64,000 bases of DNA from Dimorphilus gyrociliatus (taxonomy: Eukaryota > Animalia > Annelida), in the NCBI GenBank assembly GCA_904063045.1, contig CAJFCJ010000004.1:2349713-2413712 (forward strand), in the 5' to 3' direction. A model generated the notes under the pieces. That model was given only the letters and a program-made list of their open reading frames with translations. It was not told where the DNA came from and did not search any database. Positions 24,623 to 36,205 of the stretch are shown here, in pieces; the first letter of the stretch is position 1; each line of letters starts with the position of its first letter. The translations under genes and the position numbers were made by a program.

Positions 24623-26755
24623 TTAATTCTTGACTTTCACTTCAGATTTTGGCAACGGTGTTGATTTATTTACTTTTGGATTTGAAGTAAAACATTTTTC
24701 TTTAAATTTTTCATCAACTACGCAATTTAATTTCTTCTTTATATAGACTTTACAATTTTTATTTTTCCTTCTTTTGGAGCATGGTGTAAGTTTTCCTAAA
24801 CAAGGTCTCTGAGATTTAGGATTATACGAAAATGATTTGCAAACTTTGGTTCTCAAGCATAATTTTGCGCAATCGTATAGTGTGTAGGCGGAGTTTTTGA
24901 ATACATTTCTTGAGAGACATTCCCCTTCTTCCTCTGTGAAGTATTGATGGAGAGGGTAGGCTAAATAGATGAAATATAGAAGAGTAAAGTAATCACATTC
25001 TATGTAATTAAACATAAAAAGTTAATAAACCTACCGGCCTCTTTACGATAATAAAAAACTTCTGGACTAATGCTATCCTCTGTGCATGTTTCATGATAAG
25101 TATTGCATACTGACTCGAGATAAGTGAATGATGTACATAAAGCGTCATGATAGCATTGCAATGAACAATCCTCTAACGAAGTAAGATTGGATAAAGTTAA
25201 AATGGGAGTAGCCTCATTGCAATATCCGTTGAACTGAGTAAACAGCTGATGGGCGGCAATTTCTATTTTTAACAAATGCATTTATTACTGAGCAAATCTT
25301 TCAATTTTTCTTGATTTACCTAAATTAACTTGAAAAAGGGTATAACTAATTTCAAACAGAATATTCTGGAGCGAATAATGTGTTGTCGTAAGACCTATTT
25401 TCTTTGAATAACCTCGACTAGGAGTATAAAAGTCAAGAATTGATTTCCTATTTAAGAATCAAATCGTCAATATCATAAATATCAAGGAAGTAAAATTTGA
25501 TTAGTTAATTAATTCATACCTGAAGGGATTAACCGGATTTGTTTTATCAGACTTATGCTTTAGCATTGTAAAAGCTGAGAGTGGATGCTTAAATCGAGTA
25601 ATTCTCATTCTAGAAGCTACGATCCTAAAAAAAAGGTACAGATTTATATAAATTAGTATATACTGTATGTAAGACAGAATTAAATAAGATTAAATCTATT
25701 AGAGGGTATTAATACCTCTTTTGCATATCGTCGTCTTCGTCTCCCCATCCATAAAATAACGTATTATAGCCATTTAGATGTTCAAAGTGACTTTTAGATA
25801 TAGCAAATACACCGCCAACATGAGCTAACCACCTATTTATATAATGAAATTTGTTCACGTATGGTCCAATATGTCTAGGTGTCTTTATGCAATTATACAT
25901 ATGACGACCGTCTTCCATAAGCATATCAACATCGTGGAATATGACGCAGTCAAATTGGAATAATTTCTGCATTTCCAAGTATCCAGCGTTCATTAGAGCA
26001 CCCTTGTTAAAGTCTCGAGGAGATATTTGTTCAGCAATAAATATTCTATAATGAATTTGTTGACCAGTAAGAATTTTATGTAAATGATGAACGAGAATCT
26101 TCAAATGCGAATCTCTCGCTCTATATGGTATAATAATGGCGACTCTTTGAAAAGAGACACAATTATTCGGTATCCACTCTCCTCCATATAAAATCCCTAA
26201 TTTTTTTTCATGTATATTGTGTATTGCACTCCAATTTTGAAATTGAACATTGTAATCCAAATAAGCTCTTTTTACTATAGAATAGAAAGGAGCTAAGATT
26301 AGAAACACTACTAATATATATCTAAAAGAGACTATCAATAAACTTCTTTAACCAGTTTACTTACAAGCTGTTTTTGGGACACATGCACAGTATTTTCCAG
26401 TTGATAATTTGCTTTTTTTTAACTCATTTCTACATATTTCATTATACTTTTGTACCATTAATGAAATAGCAGATTCCTTTTTTTGCGGCCAATGCTCGTC
26501 TATACAAAGGTAAAAAAAATGTCATGAACTTCATAAATAGATTCCGATCGTATTGTTCTTACCAAGGAGGATTTCATGTCTTTCTTCAACTGTGGAAACA
26601 GTTATAATTGTCTTGTTTACTGACTGAAAAATTATTTATAATAGAAATAGTAGCTGTTTATAAAAAGTAGTAGTCTTAAAACAAACTGATATGAAGAACA
26701 GGGTAGAGAAGATAAATGAGATGATGAAGAGTAATTTAACTTTAGTCTTTATCAT
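24623..26755 (-). CDS. GT7 glycosyltransferase fused to two PAN/Apple domains (paralog C)
   Basis: Exon 1 from ATG 26755 (MIKTKVKLLFIISFIFSTLFFIS), two stem exons, catalytic exon to 25716 (VAIIIPYRAR, FNKGALMNAG, FHDVD, GWGDEDDDM), two short GT exons, then PAN exons ~25261-25035 and ~24960-24623. Intron phases match paralogs A and B. Confidence 0.88.
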
Positions 26756-28111
26756 ATTTAATCTCTAAGCAATTGTAAGCAATGATGTATTCGTTGTCTT
26801 CGTAAAGGTTTTGTACAGACGATCGTTTCCATTCATTTATCTTTATTCTAAATTGATTTCCATTGAATTTTTTTACCATAAAACTAATTAAATGAGAAAA
26901 AAAAATAAAAAAGCATGTTTAAATAAACAATGTATGTTCTTCTTCTAACGTTTCCTTTAAACTACTGTATAGATAAACATTATACCGTTTCTACCTCTAC
27001 ATTGTACCATATCACTTGGCAAATCTTAACACAAGTGTTACAATAATCAAAGTTTCTATTGTAATACAATAAAAGTAACAATACTATTCTTTGCCAAAAA
27101 AAAAATTAAACATTATTTAGTCGGAATTCAAACTTTTATCCAGCAAATATTAGTTTAATTTTTATAATAAATGAATATTATATTTGTAATAATGAAAAAA
27201 CAATTAGAACAGTCTTTGGTAAAGACAGAACAAATTTACCTGTTAGAAATGCTTGTTTAAATCTGAAAAATGCCAGTGTTTTGAAGCTACAAGTTTGTCA
27301 TATTAATATTTACCTTCTTAGATCTAGTCAATACCTAATTATGATATCTTTAATGATAACTAATCGATGTGAGAAAAAAAACTGTAGCCAACTTTTCAAT
27401 GCTTCGCTTGCGCTACTCCTTTGTGACTAAAGGGCGCAGTCTTAAATAGTATTGAACCGCTTCGTATAGGGCATAGTTATAATATGGAAAACTTAAAAGC
27501 GGATAAAGTCTATTAAAAAGCTCAATTGTAAAAAGATAATGGGAATACTTTAGAATACAGTATGAAAAGGAGAAGTTAGTCATAATGCTAACGAAAATCA
27601 AACATATTTATATAGAAGGATAGTAATGCTTCGAAAGAATACTTTTAAAGAGTCACTTATAAATGTATATATAACTAACGAAAGCTTTCGTTCCAAGTTC
27701 AACATATATATTTTTTTAAAGCTTATACGTCTCCCTTTAACATGATAGAAGAAGAGCAATAGCATATACGTTATATATCACATTATATATATTTATACTG
27801 CATATATTATTCATATACATTTACTCAATCATCCCTATTTTAAATAACTATTGAAATTGGGTATATTAAAGTATACAAACATTTAATCAAGGCAATGCTC
27901 TTTTTGTAATGATTATATATTATACATATTATGTAGTAAGACGAGAATAATAGAGTATTTAAATTAGTCCAAGCATATAAACACAGATTGACAAATTTTA
28001 AAAAACAAAATATCATTGTTTTGCCTGATTAAATGTTATCACTTTCACAGTCTAATTAATATTTTATGTTCACGCATGCGTATATTAAAATATGCAGTAA
28101 AAAGTGCTAAA

Positions 28112-31100
28112 TTAATTAAATTGATGATACATTTCAAACTCTTCCATAAATTTTTTCTTAGCGATTTCATAGCACAGTCTATATTGATTCTGCAAGAGGA
28201 AACGGCGAGTTATTTAAAAGATATTTTTTCATAATTACAGTAAAGTATAAAGTTAATAATTTGTACCAGAATTTAGTTGTATATATACTGTATATATATA
28301 TAACATACCTGATTTCTAATAAATTCTCTCCTGTAATTTCTTAGATATTTTACTGTCGAGAATAGAGCAACTTCTGACAGTAACTTCATTCTTTCTATTA
28401 AACAATAAGCAGTACAAAATACTCCAGTGCGATCAACTCCATTTTTACAATGAACTATTATGGTGTTGCCACTCTCTCTCTCGGACGATCTATTCCAATT
28501 TTCAACTAGACTTACAAGCTTTTTTGATAAAAATTAATATAAAGTAATTAAATAAAGAGAAAATATTAAATATAACTTACTGTCAATAAACTGGTAGCTT
28601 TCTCTTGAATATCCAATGACCAAGTTTTTAACTGATATTGTTTAATCGTCCTAGTTTCGTTACCCTTGAAGTGTAATTTCGTTTAAAGCAATATATTATT
28701 AAGCATAGGCCTTGTATTATCTATAATCACCTTTCGTATGGATATTTCTCTTTGTACTATATTTTCAGCAATATTCTTTTTGGATGCTAGGATTATAACA
28801 AATTCATTTAATTTATGCTCCTCTTCCTCATTTTTAGGCCAATAAGGTTTCATCTTAATAAATGAAATTGGAATTAGAACAAGAACGATGCAAACATCTA
28901 ATAAAAAAAATTTACATCTGAAGTAATATCGTTAAGAGCAACAATTGTCGAGGATCTTTCCTTAAACACCATATTCCAAAAGTCATTTTCAGTATTTTGT
29001 AGTGGATGTTGTGTTGAAATAAATGCTATTTTAGTCTCAAAACTCTGAAAGGAATAATAGGAATACAATATTTAGAATTTAAGCCTTTTTCCTGGGAGAA
29101 CAAACGTTTATATAGACTGCATTGATGTAATTTTCTTCTGTATCTGTCAGGTATACTCTATACGCCGAAGCTGTTGAAAGACAATAATCATACAATGGTA
29201 GACTCAATACTATACTGTATATAAATAGAATACCTGGTAATAAGGCTTTATCTCTATTTTTCACAAGATTTTTTTCGTCTGTAGTAACGTCGTCATAAGA
29301 AGACTGAATTGTAAAATTTAAAGAATTTAAGAGTTTGAACTCTTTTCGAAGTGTCTCAGATTGAACTTTTAGGTGTTCGTATTTTGTGTGAAATTCTGCA
29401 TTGTCTATAAAGGTGCCACTTGTACAATATAATTCAACAACGGCCTTGTAAATAAACGTATACTGCTCCTGAGATGACAATAGAAAGTCAAATTAAAACT
29501 ATTTGTGATTTACTACGTTAGTTTACTTACAGCTGTTTGTACCATATTTACTCGTTCCCTTCTCATTTTTCGTACTACTTCAAACACATCTATTCGTTCT
29601 CCTTTCAACACTTTTTCTGCTAATTTACTAATCGCAATATATGTTCCAGTTCTGCCTACACCGGCGCTACAATGAACAACTACAGGAGCTGTCGAAGATG
29701 ATGTATTCAAGTCTACGATTTTCATAAAGAAAAGCAGGGAACTAGGGGAATTTAATGACGAATGATCCATCCACTCTTGATAATGATATTGTTTAATTTT
29801 TCGTGATTCTTCCTAAGAAAAAGGAATAAATGAATTAGTTAAAAAGAATAGAAACCATATTATTAAATATTTAAATAGAAACCAACTCCTTTTGTAACTG
29901 TGAAATGTCGAACTACAAAATCTGCGTACTGCTGCTCTTGTTCTAATTTTACCGAAATTTTAGCAAATACTAAAGTATCTGCATCCATACCAGGTAGTGC
30001 TTTAGGCCAATAGGCAGTTGTTTTTTTCTAAACAATTGATATTTTAAAAGGTTTAAAAGTTTAATGGATAAGATAAACAAACTTACGACTGCATTCTCTA
30101 CTAAATTTGTTAACATAACAATAGTTTCACAATTATTATCCCATATTAAACGCCAAAAGTGTTCAACGCTACTATCCGTCGGACCTTTTAGATTATAAAG
30201 TTAACTTATTGTTTAGAGTTAAGCGCAAAAATCTTTTTTTACCTTGTGCTGCTATGAATTTATTGTAACCAATATTATCCTGCATATTATATATGTAAAG
30301 TGTATACTCTATGTAAGAAATACCGTTTAACTTACCTTTAAGAATGAAGCATTATAAAAATCAGTTTCTTCATCTTTGGTAACAACTAGTTCAACTCTAT
30401 TATCGTCATCTTTGTTTTTTCAATTCACAAAGAAACAAGCCAACAAATAAAAGAATTACATTTCATTTAGGGAAAATGTCTATATATACAGTAGTCCGTA
30501 ATGGTTTTACTTACAAGGTAAAATGTTTATATACTTGAGATACTTTTTATTCTCTGGTGAACTTCCTACTATATGAGGTATATCTTCTTGCAAGTTTTTT
30601 GGCAATTTCTTAATAGTATTTGTACAAAAACAAATCGAAAAGAAAACAACCCTTTGTATATACAGCATATTCATATTAATATTTGTGTATAGTTACCCCA
30701 TGTTCTTCAATAAGCTCTTCCTTTCGCAACTTATCCTTCAACTCATTAATAAAACTTTCAATTACAAATGGTTCTATAACATTATAATAAATTTTTTCAC
30801 TAGATGGTTTAGGCGAATGCGTGTTCCCATCCGATTTGTTGCCTTTTTCTTTCAATTTCTTTTTTCTCTGATATCTATTATAAATAATTGTTTCAAATAT
30901 GTTTTTAACAGAGTCTTCTAAAGTAAAAAAATTGAGCAAATGCAAACATATGGAGTTAATTCGCCTACCTGATAAAAAGAAGAGCGAAAATAAAACAAAT
31001 AATAAAAAATCCACCAGCTCCGCAACCAGCATAAAGTTCAATTTTAGAAGGTTCTGCAACAAAAAAAACACAATCTATACAAACAACTCTTAATAGCAAT

Positions 31101-34100
31101 ACCCATATAAAAAAACAATCTACTATTGAAACACAAAGTTACTTGTATTCTATTATTGATAAGACTATAACAAAAAACAGGAAGGATTGATAACAAAATT
31201 TAAAAAAACATGAATTCTAATAAAATAAGTAAAACTAAAATCATCATTACCATTACCAATATTTTCATTTTCTGAAATTCATATCGACAAAATCAATATT
31301 TTTCAATCAATTGATTCAATTGAATAATTTACCTATACTGGATGTCTCTGGTCTTTCTAGATTTATATTAGGTGATTTCACTTGCTCACTAGAGTAATGT
31401 TCGTTCAGAGCTTCAACTGTGAAATAACCACTGACATTGATATTCAAAAACATTTCCGTAAAATTTTTTGTAATATCTTCAATTATCATTTCATTAACTT
31501 CACTTTTTCTATTCTCCACTTTAGAACTTACAACAACAAATGAGACTTGAACACCCAAATATTTATTACAATTATGTCCTCGGCTTCTTGGTTTCTGAAA
31601 ATCATACAATTAACCTTTAATGAATTCAAATACACAAAAAAAACTGGAATCATTTATATATGTCAAAATACATTCATACATTCCAAGTTATTGAATATAA
31701 CCATTTATTTCTTTCCGGACTGAATAGAACTTCTGTATACCTCAAACCAGTCAGCGAGTTTGGACCTATTCAATAAAAAAACAAATTTCATATTTACGTA
31801 CAAACAATTAATTACAAAGAAACCTACGTGAACACGGTGGTATTTCAACAGAAGATTCACTGCTCTTTCCAAGAGACACTGAACAATCTTCCAATTCATT
31901 TCTAACTCTAACTTCAACAGAAAGTATCTTAGTTTCATTTTTGTGTCTTATAAATTTGTCAACAGAAAGTGATGTATCATAAATTATAACATTTTCAAAT
32001 ATCAATGTGTCATTTCCCAAAGAGATTTCATAGCCCGCAAAAGCTTTAGTCTTTATTTTCGGATTTGAAAGGAAATTCCCCAAATTAATATGAACAGTGT
32101 TGTTTCCCTTATCAAATATTACATTATCTAACTTTCTTTCCAACAAACCTTAATTGCAATAAATTTAATTATTCATGTCATTCATCTATTATAAAAAATC
32201 GATATTACCAATAAAAACACATTTTCCATTTGATATTTCATAACCAATTTTGCATTGACAATATTCCAAATTCTCTGCTGAATAATTATAATTCTTATTA
32301 CAATGCAAAGGACACTGTGTGCATTTTGGAGGAATTCCGAATTCATTATCATTGCAATCTAAATTATTTCATTCAAATAAATTAATTCTCAATACAAAAC
32401 GATTTAAAAGTGAAACTACTTACAAATTCCTTTTCCTTTAACATAAACTTGACATAAATCTAAACTTCCATCATTACAACGAGTGTTTAAATAACATGTA
32501 TTATCCCTTTTCCTTATAACAATTCCTCTTGTGTTATTACGAGAAAACGGAACATTCACAGTAAACGCCGAACTATCCATCATTGAACCAGTAAAATTAT
32601 ATATTGTTTTAAGGCGTAAGAACTGGATATTATTTGCATCTTCAATTCGATAATCATATGGAACAAGAGAGATGTCAAAGTTTCGTAATCTTCCACCTTT
32701 TTGAATAAAATGTGATAGAAAAAGGAAGTTACATCAATGTGAAAAAAACCTGATTCTGGAATGCTGATTATTTGAATTGTGCTTATTTCATACACATTTT
32801 TCAAATCGAGATACCAAATTCCAAGATGTGTTCTATTACCTGTTGATGTATATGATTTTGAACAGTTAATAGTATCTTTAATTGCTTCATTTGCTATCTT
32901 GTCTGCTATTCCATTACGATAGGCTTTTCCGTTAATCGCAATATTGTCTTCTGTAAAGAAAACAGATGAAAATCAATGAAATGGCAGGTTGTTTCAATGT
33001 AAAGTGTTATTATTACCGCAATTTTTCCAACAAATACAAATGTTGTGGTTCATTGTGTTTGTATTGTAACATTTGTAATTATCAACACAATTACAAGATT
33101 CTGTGTAATAAGTTCTTTTTTTATTAATTCATTATTTTGTAATAGGTAAATGTAATTACTTTCAACTTTTTCGCCCTTAATCACTAAATTACAGAATTGA
33201 AATACTTGTGTTTTCGAATTCAAAGTGATGAATCTTCCAATTACATTATTTCTCTTTACTTTACAATCAAAATAATGTGAAAATATTCCGCCTTTCGGTA
33301 TTGTTTTAGAATTTCTAAAAGTATAATCATTTTGATACGCATTTGTTTGCCAGATGTTGGGCAGATTCGCAGAATCATCATGAATGAAAATATCAAAGGA
33401 ACCCAAACTATATTTGTTTCCATTAAAAATAGCTAAATGATGAATTTTGTAATAATTTTGAAGATCAACTCTCCATATTTCACCAAATTCTGTCAAAGAT
33501 TCACTGCATTGAAAAAGTGGATGGGTAACCGGAATTTTACTGATTGTGTCATCATTCGAAACAACCTGCGTTGGTTTATTGGCAGCAATACTATTATCTG
33601 TATTGAAGAAAGACGAGTTTACAGCTTGAATGCATAGTAAAGAAGATTTCATAAAAATATTAACATGGTCGAAATCCTTCAACTATTACTTCAGCAATTA
33701 TCAATTCTCCTCCGTCCTTTTGAGAAGGATCAGCTACTTTCTGATATCTTTCAATTGCTATATATTTTGATATTTTAGAAATTACATTATTTGTATATAT
33801 CTCAGCAAATGATTTATTTTTAATGACATAATCTATATCTCCAACTGGTATGTAGTTTGTGTGTTCTGTTAAATCGTCAGCAACTGATGTAGAATTTTGT
33901 ACAGTAAAAACTTTTAAATATGATAATCTTTTGCCTGAAAATGAAAGGAAAACGATTTCGATAATAATTTAGGTTAAATATGTGAAATTTGTATGAAAAA
34001 CAATGAAATATTTTATTACTTCTTTCTTTTTGCTGATTCAGTATTAATATTCTTGAGATTATAGCATTGTATGATAACTCAATTCTTATTCTTCCGTATT

Positions 34101-34519
34101 TATCAGTGGATTTTGTATGAGCATGTTGAGAGAAATTCCCATCTACAGCCCTGCCAGCAAATTGTGTTTTATGTGTTCCCTGATATTGTTTTGCATTTCC
34201 ATTTAATGCCATATTATCTATATGATTAGAATTAGGTAATGTTGAAGTAGATGATATGACGTTTAGAATGACTGAATATATAATGAATGTATTACCAATA
34301 TCACAACAGGGTCCAAGTTTTGCATTCAAACAAAATTCTTCATTATTTTGACCATTTTTTGCGTATTGTACTGGATATTGACCTAATCGAGAAGACATAT
34401 TTATTGTATATAAGAACGTTTGTGATGTTATTACCTTTTTGAGTGAGAATTGAAAGATTTAACATTTGCAATATATAGACAGTATAAAGGAATGTCGACT
34501 TAACCAAATAGTTTACCAT
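28112..34519 (-). CDS. Receptor-type protein tyrosine phosphatase: signal peptide, 3 F-type-lectin-like (FTP/discoidin) domains, EGF-like, 2 FN3-like, TM, tandem PTP D1-D2
   Basis: ATG 34519 ([20 protein letters not shown]). FTP-like [10 protein letters not shown]...AVDGN...HT...[10 protein letters not shown]; WRVDL; WYLDL...[10 protein letters not shown] exon 31053-30969 ([23 protein letters not shown]). D1: [37 protein letters not shown]2: [19 protein letters not shown]. Stop at 28112. Confidence 0.9.
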
Positions 34520-34520
34520 T
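31195..34520 (-). repeat. Left arm of a ~3.3-kb inverted duplication (~98% identity)
   Basis: Its reverse complement matches 36206-39530 across exons and introns; the paired ORFs in the track are near-identical. Confidence 0.97.
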
Positions 34521-36205
34521 GCCTTTTATTGATTGTGAAGATCTGTTTGGTAATATATGTAGTCTTGTTGAATAAATTCGTGATTTTTTTGTCAGGGAAT
34601 CTTAAGTGTCGATGAATTACACTGTACATGCTGTTAGTTTACTATTATTGTTCTTTGAACTTTTGATAGTGTTAGTATTTGTTGAATGATATTTATGATG
34701 TCAAAATGAATTGTTGTGATTTTGTTTTATAGAATATTTTGATAATTGCTTCACATATTTGTCTAGAGATGGTAGTATATTTTGTAATTAATTAGGTCTT
34801 GTACCTTTTTATAATTTGTAAACGAACTGATATGTTATATTAAAATTGCGACGAAGAAGGAAGTAAATTCAATCACAATGCAATTTTTAGTATTGATGCC
34901 AAGTAGTATGTCTAACTAAATAGCATACGTGTATTGAAAAGTGTGTTTAACAGGTAGTTTTAAGACTGTGGTTACGGCTGTAATCATTTTTTAATTATTT
35001 TTATGTATTTAACGATGAAAAGAATGAAGAAAATTGTGCTAAAAGGAAGGCTGTGAAAAAATTTATATTGTATTTTACCTACTAACCTTGCTAATCTGAT
35101 TTAACGTTTTGATTATTAAGATTTATCCGTATACATCACTAAAATGTAACGTTTTATTAATATTTCTTCAGTCTATCAAACTTTTGGCGTAGAAAGAAAC
35201 GATTGAAAGGAGTTTTATTTCAACTGTTCATTTTGGTTATAATAAAGTATATATTGGCCAGAAAAACTATTCATAAGCAAATAGCAAATAGTTTTCCTCA
35301 ACTAGAAATAGGAAGTTAATTTTCAATACGACTATTCTATTTATATTTTTATCACGAATTGAGAATATAAGGGAATTTTTTCATTGTGCTATACATTCTC
35401 ATCGTTACAGGTTGGTATTTTATATAGGAAATCTCGTATTTTTCATTCAACTAGATTATCCTTTTCTAACGATATACGTAATATAAAAAGCCTATATGTA
35501 TTTTAAATAACTGTTTAAAACGTTAATTCAGATAGTGTTTTAATATTTATTGTCATGGATGTACCTTTAAAATAGTCCTTATAAAAAAAAACAGTCGGCT
35601 AGACGGAACATTTGTTTCAGCACTGTATATATCAATTTAGATATTCATAAATACTGTATATATTTAGATATGCAATACAAACACCATTAACCCTCTTTTT
35701 CGCTTATACAGAAAGGGAAGCATAAAGACAGTAGTCAGAGTTGTTTACTATGGTCTACAATAAACTTTAGTTCATTATAATATAATTTCAAAATGCTAAA
35801 AATATGTATATAAAGATAAGTAACTGAAATTGTAGGTCAATAGAAAATTTACACAAATATAAATTTATATAGATAATAGCAAGGGAAGCAGTTCTTTAAT
35901 GTTGGCTACAAAAGAAAGGCTTAAACGAAAAATGTATAGGAGAGTTGTGATATATATCTATGTATTTCATATTAACACTTGGTCACAATGAAAGAAAAGC
36001 AAATAGTTAACAACTATTTTTAAAAGTTCTATTACTGCATACAGCAAGGAACTTATCACTTTTTCTTATGACATAAAAAATATGTTTATAAAATTAACAG
36101 AGAATACCAGAGATAATTTTAAGAAATCAAAGGATAAGAAAAAATAACTTGTGTATTTTTTAAACTATTGTTTCAATAGCAGATCCTTAAAGTCTAATAA
36201 TCAAA
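34521..36205. promoter_or_regulatory. Unique 1.7-kb spacer between the divergent start codons; presumed bidirectional promoter region
   Basis: Lies between ATG 34519 (-) and ATG 36207 (+), with no ORF. The promoter role is inferred from position only. Confidence 0.5.

Noticed and set aside
26290-26338. N-terminus MIVSFRYILVVFLIL of the 209-aa ORF as the TM anchor of paralog C
   Set aside because: Intronic; a better model uses exons from ATG 26755 with phases matching paralog B.
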